This document shows positions 1-8,454 of a stretch of DNA of 59,486 nucleotides, piece after piece; position 1 is the stretch's first letter, and the number at the start of each line of letters is the position of its first letter. This DNA is from Nitrososphaerales archaeon (GTDB lineage: Archaea > Thermoproteota > Nitrososphaeria > Nitrososphaerales > Gagatemarchaeaceae). The stretch is from positions 1 to 59,486 of the forward strand of contig DATFYP010000101.1 in the NCBI GenBank assembly GCA_035314985.1, in the 5' to 3' direction. Position numbers and translations under genes: made by a program. The notes beneath the pieces are model-generated. The model had not been told where the DNA came from and made no database searches. It worked only from the letters and a program-made list of their open reading frames with translations.

Positions 1-109
1 TTCAGAATGCGAGCAAGGAGGGGAGAGATTCACAAGGCGGGAGTTGATACCCTTCCTCTTAGGGGTCGAGGTTGGTTGGGGCCTCTCATTCGTTGCCCTC
101 TTCCTTTTC

Positions 110-391
110 CTACACTCCGTTGGAGTAGTCTGATTTGCGAAAGAACACCAACCAAATGACGATGATGGCAATGACTACGCCGACGATAATTCCGAAGATT
201 GCTAACGTAGTCCAGTCTATCGGGGGAGGCCCTAAGAGGGTGAAAGTGGCCTCTGTCGAAGTTGTCGTGCGGAATGGTGCCGTGGCAGTATTCAACGCTG
301 GGAAGATGTATGCAAAAAGAACCCAGAGGAGAATTATCGCCCCCGCAATGGCTCCTACTATCGGTAGCGGGTCGTCACCCAACGGCCTCAC
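110..391 (-). CDS. hypothetical small membrane protein
   Basis: 93-aa ORF with two strongly hydrophobic segments (IVGAIAGAIILLWVLFAYIF; LAIFGIIVGVVIAIIVIWLVFF). No family recognised. Confidence 0.4.
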   Translation of the reverse strand: MRPLGDDPLPIVGAIAGAIILLWVLFAYIFPALNTATAPFRTTTSTEATFTLLGPPPIDWTTLAIFGIIVGVVIAIIVIWLVFFRKSDYSNGV

Positions 392-399
392 TTACTCTA

Positions 400-497
400 C
401 CCGACAAGATAACCATGTCCATCTCCCGACACTTGACAGCGAAAAATCTCCCTCTGGTTTGACAGAACCAGCAGGCGGGTTCTGTTACCTTGTCGGG
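400..497. repeat. 98-bp element bounded by a 14-nt inverted repeat (MITE-like or structured intergenic RNA)
   Basis: cccgacaagataac (400-413) is the reverse complement of gttaccttgtcggg (484-497) with 1 mismatch. An inner hairpin ctggtt-tgacag-aaccag lies at 454-471. Confidence 0.3.
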
Positions 498-521
498 TGA
501 TTGACTTCTGTTTTGTTGGTG

Positions 522-782
522 TTACCTTTCGGGGGATGATTCTTTCTTGACCACGAACCACACTCCAAGCATCACCGTCATCGCTCCAAGAACCACCGTG
601 GAAGTCGTCACCATGTTGGCATACCAATAGAATCGAAGTGCCGATTCAGCACATCCACCCGTTTCCATCGAGCAACGGGGGAGTTCGTCCCAAAAGTCTG
701 CCAAGTTCAGTATGGCACCGACGATGACTGCCCACGCTCCTCCTGCTATCAGAGACGCCCCCGAGACCAGTCGGCGCACCAT
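522..782 (-). CDS. hypothetical small membrane protein
   Basis: 86-aa ORF with hydrophobic N- and C-terminal helices (LIAGGAWAVIVGAIL; VVLGAMTVMLGVWFVV). No family recognised. Confidence 0.4.
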   Translation of the reverse strand: MVRRLVSGASLIAGGAWAVIVGAILNLADFWDELPRCSMETGGCAESALRFYWYANMVTTSTVVLGAMTVMLGVWFVVKKESSPER

Positions 783-812
783 GACCGCAAGACTCTTCCG
801 GAGACGGATTAG

Positions 813-1118
813 TTAAGAATTGACTGGGGCCGTCCTCGGGTAACTTGCGTTTCGAATCAACGTCTCCCACTTGTTATCCCCCATCACCCTGATTCCTGCC
901 AAGTCCGCGGGAGTCCGCCCCTTCAACGCCTCATGCGGTCGGATATAGTTGTGGAATATCTGATACCCCCTCAGAATCGGTGTGTCAGTTCGCTTTAGCC
1001 CACGCATGACCTTCTCCCTATCCCGAATCTCCCCGTTCATGCGCTCCATCTTGTTGTTGTGAATCCTCGCCCCTCTTTGGGGGCTGAAGATTCGTCGTGT
1101 CTTACCAGGTTCTGTCAA
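813..1118 (-). pseudogene. IS6-family DDE transposase, C-terminal fragment only
   Basis: The 101-aa ORF reads NNKMERMNGEIRDREKVMRGLK...ILRGYQIFHNYIRPHEALKGRTPADLAGI..GDNKW, typical of the C-terminal third of archaeal IS6/IS240-type transposases. The N-terminal catalytic part is absent. Confidence 0.7.
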
Positions 1119-1122
1119 GTCT

Positions 1123-1422
1123 GTGGGACGCGCTCCGCGAAAATCTCCCTGTCAAATTGGCGGGGCATGGCTAAATAATGGGGCTTGGTTGTTTGATTCG
1201 TCCATACCATTGACCCTCGCAGGCAGAACCTCATGGAGTCCCAGAGTCCTATTCGAGGCGGGGCTGGTCTTGATTGGAATCATCCTCCTCATCATATCTG
1301 CGACCCCATACGCCTCGCAGTCCCTTCCGCAATACGTTGCGCTCTTGGGTGTGGCGGGGCTCGGATTCATCGCAGTGGGAATCCTCCTCTGGTGGAGTGG
1401 TAGAAGCACTTGGCACTTGTGA
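1123..1422 (+). CDS. hypothetical membrane protein lying between two IS fragments
   Basis: 99-aa GTG-start ORF with two hydrophobic helices (GLVLIGIILLIISA; LLGVAGLGFIAVGILLWW). The start is uncertain and the ORF could be spurious. Confidence 0.3.
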   Translation: MGRAPRKSPCQIGGAWLNNGAWLFDSSIPLTLAGRTSWSPRVLFEAGLVLIGIILLIISATPYASQSLPQYVALLGVAGLGFIAVGILLWWSGRSTWHL

Positions 1423-1423
1423 T

Positions 1424-1552
1424 TCACTTTGGCATCCCCTCGTTGCTCCCGTTTTGTATGATTGTCAGCCACTTGTTATCTCTCTCAACCTTGATTCCTG
1501 CGAAATCTCGTGAGTCTGCAGATCCAAGGCTTCCTACGGGTGTGAGGGTCCG
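1424..1552 (-). pseudogene. second, decayed IS6-family transposase 3' remnant
   Basis: The minus-strand translation RTLTPVGSLGSADSRDFAGIKVERDNKWLTIIQNGS parallels RPHEALKGRTPADLAGIRVMGDNKWETLIRNAS of the 813..1118 fragment. It is preceded by an in-frame stop. Confidence 0.5.
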
Positions 1553-1616
1553 CTAGCTCGGCAAAACCTTCGTCCCTAATCACGCCGGTGTTGGGAGCCA
1601 GCATCTGCCCAAAGCG

Positions 1617-2000
1617 CTACTTGGTGAGCGACTCCGTCATCCGCCTGAAATCGGCCTTGGGTACTACGCCGACTGCCCTGTCCGCGACCTTGCCTCTGGA
1701 GAAGAACAACACAGTCGGAACGCTCATGAGCCCGAATTGGGCTGCCAGCCGATTCGAATGCTCCTGGTCGTCGTCCATGTTTAGCTTCACGAACTTCACC
1801 CGGCCATCGTACTCCTTTGTGAGTTCCTCGACAATCGGGGACACAATCTCGCATGGCGGACACCCGCTACCGTAGAAATCGACGACGACGGGCAAGCTGG
1901 CTCGGATTACCTCCTCCTCAAATCTGTCCCCCTTGATGCGAAGGACTGCGCCGTTCAACGTCCAGAGATCTCCTATGCGCTGCAAATTAAAGCTAGCCAC
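1617..2000 (-). CDS. thioredoxin-fold protein with a CPPC active site
   Basis: VVVDFYGSGCPPCEIVSPIVEELTKEYDGRVKFVKLNMD...VPTVLFF is a thioredoxin layout with a CPPC redox motif. Confidence 0.85.
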   Translation of the reverse strand: MASFNLQRIGDLWTLNGAVLRIKGDRFEEEVIRASLPVVVDFYGSGCPPCEIVSPIVEELTKEYDGRVKFVKLNMDDDQEHSNRLAAQFGLMSVPTVLFFSRGKVADRAVGVVPKADFRRMTESLTK

Positions 2001-2205
2001 TCGCTCTCATCCCTTACCTCGGTTCAGGCTCCTTCGACTGGCGTCCCTCCATGAGTCTCGGTACCAGCCAAGATTGGTTGGAACCCACCGCAAGCTTATT
2101 GGAGGGCCGAGGCGTGCGTCGGAAACCCCGTATCCAAGGATGTGCGACCCAAATGCTCAGACATCGGATGCCTAGAGTGAGGAGACCAGCCTGACGGAGC
2201 AAAAC

Positions 2206-5058
2206 GTGTTCCAGCTCTTCTCCCCTCCCCTGGTCAAGGCGCTGAACGAGAAGGGGTTCGCCTCGCCTACGGACCCTCAGATGAAGCTGGTCCCGCTCGT
2301 GATTCAAGGGAAGAACTCCCTGCTAATGGCCCCGACGGGGACCGGAAAGACCGAGGCGGCCCTGCTCCCGATCCTCGACAGGATGGTCAGGGAGGGGCTC
2401 TCAAGAGAGAAGGGGACGAAACTCCTGTACATCACGCCGCTCAGGGCGCTGAACCGGGACATGCTCGAGAGGATGCAGTGGTGGTGCAAGAGGTTCGACA
2501 TCAGGCTCGGGGTCAGGCACGGCGACAGCACCCAGGCGGAGCGCACGAACATGAGTTTCGCCCCTCCCGACATCCTCATCACGACCCCCGAGACCCTGCA
2601 GATCCTGCTGGTAGGGAGGCGGATTCGGCAGAGTCTGTCGAAGCTCAGGTGGGTCGTGGTAGACGAAGTGCACGAACTCGCCGAAGACAAGAGGGGGAGC
2701 CAGCTGAGCGTGGGGCTGGAGCGCCTGAGGGACGCGGTCGGGGGAGAGTTCCAGACGATAGGGCTCTCCGCCACGGTCGGGTCCCCGGAGAGAATCGCTC
2801 AGTTCCTCGTGGGGAGCGGGAGACAGTGCGAGGTGGTGAGGGTCCCGGTGGAGAAAACCCTCTCGCTCAGGGTGATCTCGCCTAAGGCGACCGCCCATGA
2901 CAAGGAATTCGCCGAGGCGATCTACTCGTATCCTGAGGTGGCCGCGAGACTGAGGGTCATCAGGGAGGCGGTCGAGAAGTACAAGTCGGTGCTCATCTTC
3001 ACCAACACGCGGTCGGAGGCCGAGGCCCTGGCCAGCAGGTTCAGGGTCTGGGACCCGGAGTTCCCGATTGGAATTCACCACAGCTCTCTGTCGAAGGCCA
3101 CAAGGGAGGCGGTCGAAAGGAACCTAAAGGACGGGAAGCTCCTCGGGGTCATCTGCACAAGCAGCCTGGAGTTGGGCATCGACATCGGGTTCCTCGAGTA
3201 CGTCATTCAATACAACTCTCCCAGGCAGGTGACACGGCTGATTCAGAGGGTGGGACGGAGCGGGCACAGGGTAGGCGAGGTCTCAAACGGGCTGATCGTG
3301 ACCCAGGACTCAGACGACACGCTCGAGGCGGCAGTCCTGTGCAGGAAGTCGGTGCGCGGCGAGCTCGAGCCCCTGGTTCCCGTTTCATCCCCCTACGACG
3401 TGGCAATCCACCAGGTAGCGGGGCTCCTGATAGAGCAGCCCACCTGGAACTTCGCCGACCTTGCGGCCCTGCTGAGGAGGAGCGACGCGTATTCCGGGAT
3501 GGACGACCTGAGGCTCAGGAGGGTCCTGACCTACATGCGGGAGCGCTATCCGAGGCTGGCCTACTACGGGGAGTCCGACGGCAGGGTCTCACGGGCGCGA
3601 GATGTGAAGCCGCTGTTCCAGTACTACTTTGACAACCTCTCGATGATTCCCGACGAAAAACAGTACCTGGTGATCGAGGGGGAGAACTTCGTCGGTGTCC
3701 TCGACGAGGCGTTCGTGTCCGAATACGGCGAGGTGGGGGTCAAGTTCGTGGAGGCTGGGCGCTGCTGGAAGGTGGAGCAGATCTACGGGAACAAGGTGTA
3801 CGTCAAGGCGGAGGAGGACCCCACAGGCGCAGTCCCGAACTGGGTCGGAGACGAGATCCCGGTTCCGCTCGAAGTCGCAGCGGAGGTCGGTGCGCTGAGG
3901 CGGAAGTACGCCGAGGCCATCGAGAAAGGGAAGGGGGAGGCGTTCCTCGAGGCGACGATTGGGGAGTACCCTCTATCCAAGGAGACGCTGAGGGAGGCGC
4001 TGAAAGAGGTCGCCGAACAGCACGCCGCGAAGCTTCCGATACCTTCGGAGAGGCTCGTCACCGTCGAGAGGTGGGACAGGTACGTCATAATCCAGGCGGC
4101 CTTCGGCCACAAGGTGAACCGTCTACTGGCGAGGGTGCTGGGGCACATGATTTCGGAGAAGATCGGGCTGTCGGTCGCCGTACACCAGGACCCGTACAGG
4201 ATGGTCATAGAGGCGGATGTTGCGCCCTCGGTGGTCGTCTCAATGCTGACGGGCCTGAAGGGAATCGACCTCCGTGCGGCGACAGAGAAGGCGGTTGAGA
4301 GGTCTGGGATATTCAAGCGAAGGCTGATTCACGCGGGGAAGAAGTGCGGCGCGATAGCCAAGGACGCGGACTACGCCAGCGTTTCGATTTCCGGCATTGT
4401 CGAGGCCCTTCGGGACACGCCGGTCTACGACGAGGCCATGGACATGATCTTCCACGATGACCTGGACGTGCCCGGAGCAGCCGCAGTCGTGGAGAGGATC
4501 GCGAAGGGTGAGGTCGAGGTGAAGCTGGTCGATTACGAGGGGCTCTCTCCCATCGCGAGGATCGGGGTCGAAGAGATCAGCAGGAGGGGGGAGATCGTGT
4601 CCCCGGAACGCCTCAGGGCCCTCCTCAGGCAGTCTACGAGCGCGCGAATCCTCGACACGTTCATGGTCGCGGTCTGCACGAATTGCTGGAACTATCTCGA
4701 GTTGAAGCGGGTCGGCGACCTGGAGGGGGTTGAGAAGTGCAGCTTCTGCGGCCATGAGGCCATCGGACTGTCGACCGACTCCTACGAGAACGTCTTCTCT
4801 CTTGCGATGAAGGCCAGGAGCAGGACGGACATCCGCGGGAGGAACCTCAAGCTCGTCGAAGCGGTCAAGAAGTCGGCGGAGATGAGGAAGGAGTACGGGC
4901 ACTCCTTCGACATGCTGATGGCGGGGAGAGGGGTGAGAATCGCGGACGCTGCCAACCTGGCCGCGAAGATGAGGAAGGAAGGGAAAGACGTGATCGACTC
5001 GATAATGGAAGGGGAGCGCGAGGCCCTAAGGAGGCGCTACTTCTTTGGACCCGCGTGA
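2206..5058 (+). CDS. Lhr-type (COG1201) SF2 DEAD/DEAH helicase, paralogue 1, with C-terminal Zn-ribbon
   Basis: 950 aa. Motif I is APTGTGKTEAALLP and motif II is VVDEVHEL, followed by SATVG, TSSLELGIDIG and QRVGRSGHR. The C-terminus carries CTNCWN...CSFCGH. GTG start. Confidence 0.85.
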   Translation: MFQLFSPPLVKALNEKGFASPTDPQMKLVPLVIQGKNSLLMAPTGTGKTEAALLPILDRMVREGLSREKGTKLLYITPLRALNRDMLERMQWWCKRFDIRLGVRHGDSTQAERTNMSFAPPDILITTPETLQILLVGRRIRQSLSKLRWVVVDEVHELAEDKRGSQLSVGLERLRDAVGGEFQTIGLSATVGSPERIAQFLVGSGRQCEVVRVPVEKTLSLRVISPKATAHDKEFAEAIYSYPEVAARLRVIREAVEKYKSVLIFTNTRSEAEALASRFRVWDPEFPIGIHHSSLSKATREAVERNLKDGKLLGVICTSSLELGIDIGFLEYVIQYNSPRQVTRLIQRVGRSGHRVGEVSNGLIVTQDSDDTLEAAVLCRKSVRGELEPLVPVSSPYDVAIHQVAGLLIEQPTWNFADLAALLRRSDAYSGMDDLRLRRVLTYMRERYPRLAYYGESDGRVSRARDVKPLFQYYFDNLSMIPDEKQYLVIEGENFVGVLDEAFVSEYGEVGVKFVEAGRCWKVEQIYGNKVYVKAEEDPTGAVPNWVGDEIPVPLEVAAEVGALRRKYAEAIEKGKGEAFLEATIGEYPLSKETLREALKEVAEQHAAKLPIPSERLVTVERWDRYVIIQAAFGHKVNRLLARVLGHMISEKIGLSVAVHQDPYRMVIEADVAPSVVVSMLTGLKGIDLRAATEKAVERSGIFKRRLIHAGKKCGAIAKDADYASVSISGIVEALRDTPVYDEAMDMIFHDDLDVPGAAAVVERIAKGEVEVKLVDYEGLSPIARIGVEEISRRGEIVSPERLRALLRQSTSARILDTFMVAVCTNCWNYLELKRVGDLEGVEKCSFCGHEAIGLSTDSYENVFSLAMKARSRTDIRGRNLKLVEAVKKSAEMRKEYGHSFDMLMAGRGVRIADAANLAAKMRKEGKDVIDSIMEGEREALRRRYFFGPA

Positions 5059-5583
5059 GAGGATCATGGTCATCAGGGTCTTTTCGTCGACCTCGGCCCT
5101 CGTCCTCCATCCGATGTGAAGCAAGGACCTGTCGTCCTGTTCCAGGTAGCCTCTCTTGACGTAGCGATCCAGGGAGTACTCCACCCTCCACTTCGGGAAC
5201 TTGTCGCGGAGGAAGTGCTCCACCTCTCGGCGGGCCGCCCTTCCCTGCTTCGAGTTGACGAATGCGATGGTGGACGCGAGGACCGCCAGGTCGTCTATCC
5301 TGATTCCCGAAGTCTCAGCCTCGGAAATCGACGGAGGCTCCTTGAACCGAAGGAGGAAGCGCGAGGTGTCGTCCGTGCCGTCGGGGCCCTTGACCTCGAA
5401 GACTTCCATCCCCAGGGGCGAAACGTCCTCGGAGAGCACTTCGACTATCTGTTTGTACTCCCGCCCCAGGTGCCGCTTGAGCTCCCAGCCTTTGACGCCG
5501 GGGTTCCTTCCCCTCTGGAGGACAAGGACCTGGAAGGCCTTCCTCACCTTCCGCTCGAGCAGCGCCTTGTCGGCGGTCTCCAT
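5026..5583 (-). CDS. tandem winged-helix kite-like subunit (ScpB / MAGE-Nse3-like)
   Basis: 185 aa from the internal ATG (METADK...), which overlaps the upstream stop as ATGA. There are two WH-like repeats. The C-terminal YVKRGYLEQ...HIGWRTRAEVDEKTLMTMI resembles the MAGE homology domain tail. Confidence 0.6.
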   Translation of the reverse strand: METADKALLERKVRKAFQVLVLQRGRNPGVKGWELKRHLGREYKQIVEVLSEDVSPLGMEVFEVKGPDGTDDTSRFLLRFKEPPSISEAETSGIRIDDLAVLASTIAFVNSKQGRAARREVEHFLRDKFPKWRVEYSLDRYVKRGYLEQDDRSLLHIGWRTRAEVDEKTLMTMILSRGSKEVAPP

Positions 5584-6248
5584 CAAGCTCCCTCCGACAC
5601 CGAGATAGCGACCGATTTTGGCACTCCGCCAACCTTCTCCCTGAGCGCCATGGTCCACACCTTCCCAGTTAGCGGGTCGGTCCTCAGAGACGCCTGGCCG
5701 TCGCTGATTAGGAATGAGAGGAGATAGGCCCGGACGACCTTAGCCGCGAAGCTGTCAGCCTTGATGAACTCCCCGTAGTCGATCCAGTCCCCGTTCGACT
5801 TCTGCAGAAGCGCCTCGTGTAGCTCCTTCAGGTCCTTGTCGAACTGCTGGCGCGTGAAAACCCCCAGTTCGATGAGCTCGGCGTAGCCGACGGAGCCTGG
5901 CTTTGTGCCATAGCTCCCGAACTGGTCCTTGAACCGCTCCGCCATCGGCAGCAGGTCCCGCCAGTACACGAAGGCCCTTTCGAGCCCCTTCGGAGAGATC
6001 TGGTCGAGCTGGACGATGGGGTGCCAGCTCTTGACGAACGCCTCGCTCAGCTCGTTCTTGGCGAGGAGCTTGACCTTCAGCTGTATCAGCAGAGGGTCGA
6101 TGTAAAGCGAGGAGGCCCTGTGCTTGAGCCACTCGTCCTGCAGCTTGACTATCTGGGCGAGCTCGAGCATCGCCTCCGAGTCCAGGAGGAGTTCGTCGAG
6201 GAACTTCCACTCCGGAAGGCGCTCCTTCAGCACCCGGATCTTCTCCAC
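5583..6248 (-). CDS. kleisin-like subunit (ScpA/Nse4-like)
   Basis: 221 aa with a GTG start. It has a helical N-terminus and a C-terminal winged-helix-like KVVRAYLLSFLISDGQASLRTDPLTGKVW. It sits between the SMC-like and kite-like genes and is translationally coupled to the downstream gene. The start is uncertain: the ORF stays open in frame up to 6347. Confidence 0.5.
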   Translation of the reverse strand: MEKIRVLKERLPEWKFLDELLLDSEAMLELAQIVKLQDEWLKHRASSLYIDPLLIQLKVKLLAKNELSEAFVKSWHPIVQLDQISPKGLERAFVYWRDLLPMAERFKDQFGSYGTKPGSVGYAELIELGVFTRQQFDKDLKELHEALLQKSNGDWIDYGEFIKADSFAAKVVRAYLLSFLISDGQASLRTDPLTGKVWTMALREKVGGVPKSVAISVSEGA

Positions 6249-6342
6249 AATGTCGACTTCGAACGGGTTCGCGCTGGAGCCCTGGACGCTCCTGCAGAGT
6301 TCGATGACCCTGAGGATCTCCTCGAGCTTCTCCTGCTCCAGG

Positions 6343-8298
6343 CTACTTCAGCTCCCTGACCTCGGTCGGACCGTGGACCGCCTGTACAGTGATGACGTGG
6401 GCGCTCTTGTCGAAGACGGTGAGGATGGACGGAGTGATGACGATGTACTGCGAAGCCGCCCGCTGCTTCATCTGCGTGAGAATCATCTTGAACATGGCCT
6501 CGCGGTTCTTCGGGTCCATGTGGATGTCGAACTCGTCCATCGCCCTGAGAGGAGAGACGATCCTTGCCTGGAGAGAGAGGATGAAGGCCATCAGTGCCAC
6601 TGAACGTTCTCCGCCGCTCTGGGTGAACGGGTCGAGCGTGTTTGGCGGGCCCCCCCTGAAGCCCACGTAGAGGTCTATCCCTGCGTCTTCTATCTCGGCC
6701 CCCTCCTCGAACTTCACGAAGCCGGTCGCGTCCGCGGCTGAAAGCACGGCCTTGTACGGCGGGTCGATTGACATCACCAGGTTCTCCATGGCCCCCCTCC
6801 AGACCTTCTTCCTGGACTGCAGCTCGGCGAGCATCGCCTTCTTGTTGTCCTGGAGCTGGGCAAGTTTGCTCTTGAGCTCATCCACGTTTCCGGTATAGTC
6901 GTTGTAGATCTTCTCCGCGTCGTCCGGGATGTCTTGCATCTTCTGCAGGTGGGCAGAGACCAGCTTGAGCTCCTCCGAGACCTCGTAGGGTTGTCTCGCC
7001 GTCTCCATCCGCGCCCCAGCCTTCTCCAGGTCGGGTTTCAGCTTCTCGAGCTCTGAGCGGTATTCGCGGGCGCTCCTTTCGAGCTCCCTGAGGTCTGACT
7101 CCGTCACCCGGGCACGATACAGCAGGACCTCTCCCTTCACCCTGAGCGAGACGTAGGTCTCGATCGTCTTCCTGACCACCTCCTCCACGGCGCCGATCTC
7201 GGACTGGAGAGAGGAGACCTCCCTGTCGAGCTCCCCCTTCCGCCTCCCTGCGTCTTCTTCCGAGGAGGCGCCCTTTCCTTCGATGTAATCCACCAGTTCC
7301 TTTATCCTCGCGCTGCCTTTCTTGGGCGCCTGTGCCAGCGCCTCGTCCAAGGTTCGCGACAGGCCAGCAAGGTCCTCCTTCAGCGCCTTGTAGGCGCTCC
7401 TCGACCCTTCGTCCTTCGCCCTCTCGCTCTCCGCCCTCACCAGGGCGTAGTACAGCTTCCTGAGTTCCGCCTGCTTGTCAAGGAGGGTCTGGTGCGACTC
7501 CTCGGCGTCCTTGGTCATGGCCCGCTGCTGCGACTTCAGGTCTTCCAGTGCGTTGGTCTTGGCGGTGATCTTCTCCTGGACGGATTCGAGCGATTTCACG
7601 ATCTTGGACTCGGTGCTCCAAAGGAGCTCTCTGGCCAGGAGCTCCCTGTGCTCCTTGAGCTTCTTCTTCTCCAGGTATCTGTCGTAGATCTGCTTCCAAT
7701 ACTCCAGAGCCTGGTTGGCGTTGTCGATGAGCTGCAGCAGGGAACTCTCCTCCCCGATAAGGCCCCCGAGCTCCTGCTCCGCCAGGAGGATCCTCTGCCT
7801 GTATTCGGAGAAGCCTACCGCTTCCTCCACCATCCTGAGCCTCTCCTGCGGGGTGACCGCCCCCAGCTCCTCTATCATCCCCTGATGCATTATGATCAGA
7901 AGGTTGTCGGGGTTGATTCCGAACTCTCCCAGGAGCCTCACCACCTCGCTCTTGTCGATCTCCTTGTAGTCGGCCTCGAACCAGTATGAGCCGTCCTTCC
8001 TGAGGTACCTGCTGAGCATGAACGTGTCGGACTTCGAGTATGGGATCGGCCTCTTCCCGTTCACCGCGGTGTTGTCGAAGACGAGCGACACCCTCGCGAT
8101 GTCCTTGCCCCGCCGTATGAGGTCAGACAGCTTCCTTGACCTCTCCGTGTAGGCCTGGCCGAAGGCGACCGAGATGGCGAGAAGGACGGAGGACTTGCCC
8201 GCGCCGTTGGGCCCGATTATGAGGTTCAGGCCCTCCTTGAGCGGTATCCTGGCGTATTCGTAACTCATGAAGTTCTCCAGAATTATCTCCTTCACCAT
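6343..8298 (-). CDS. hinge-less SMC-like ATPase with an Smc5/6-like head (archaeal SMC-related protein)
   Basis: 651 aa from MVKEIILENFMSY. Walker A is GPNGAGKSS. About 330 aa of E/K/L/A-rich coiled coil follow, with no Cys hook and no globular hinge. The signature is QSGGERSV and Walker B is LRAMDEFDIHMD, followed by SQYIVITPSIL. Confidence 0.8.
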   Translation of the reverse strand: MVKEIILENFMSYEYARIPLKEGLNLIIGPNGAGKSSVLLAISVAFGQAYTERSRKLSDLIRRGKDIARVSLVFDNTAVNGKRPIPYSKSDTFMLSRYLRKDGSYWFEADYKEIDKSEVVRLLGEFGINPDNLLIIMHQGMIEELGAVTPQERLRMVEEAVGFSEYRQRILLAEQELGGLIGEESSLLQLIDNANQALEYWKQIYDRYLEKKKLKEHRELLARELLWSTESKIVKSLESVQEKITAKTNALEDLKSQQRAMTKDAEESHQTLLDKQAELRKLYYALVRAESERAKDEGSRSAYKALKEDLAGLSRTLDEALAQAPKKGSARIKELVDYIEGKGASSEEDAGRRKGELDREVSSLQSEIGAVEEVVRKTIETYVSLRVKGEVLLYRARVTESDLRELERSAREYRSELEKLKPDLEKAGARMETARQPYEVSEELKLVSAHLQKMQDIPDDAEKIYNDYTGNVDELKSKLAQLQDNKKAMLAELQSRKKVWRGAMENLVMSIDPPYKAVLSAADATGFVKFEEGAEIEDAGIDLYVGFRGGPPNTLDPFTQSGGERSVALMAFILSLQARIVSPLRAMDEFDIHMDPKNREAMFKMILTQMKQRAASQYIVITPSILTVFDKSAHVITVQAVHGPTEVRELK

Positions 8299-8454
8299 GG
8301 TCGGTGGAAGGTGCGCCTCTCTGGAGACCTCTTCTGTTCTGCGCGACAAACTTCCGAAATGCGCGACCGAGTCACGGATTTAGACCTTCCGCATGTTTGT
8401 GTTGGATTGGGCTTCGAAAGGGCTTAAATCGCTGGGCCGGTTTTCTGGTCCGAA

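Noticed and set aside
2001-2205. Possible hidden tRNA or ncRNA in the 205-bp spacer upstream of Lhr paralogue 1, and in 58469..58682 and 40077..40208
   Set aside because: No acceptor or T-arm complementarity, T-loop strings or other conserved RNA motifs were found on either strand. These are treated as promoter or UTR space.
8299-8349. Longer N-terminal extensions offered by the ORF track (SMC-like from 8349, PRT from 16127, enolase from 16255, atpD from 43715, atpF from 47978, kite-like from 5658, HD-domain from 49859)
   Set aside because: Family N-termini, ATGA/GTGA/TTGA coupling with upstream stops, or overlap with RNA genes favour the internal starts used in the feature table.
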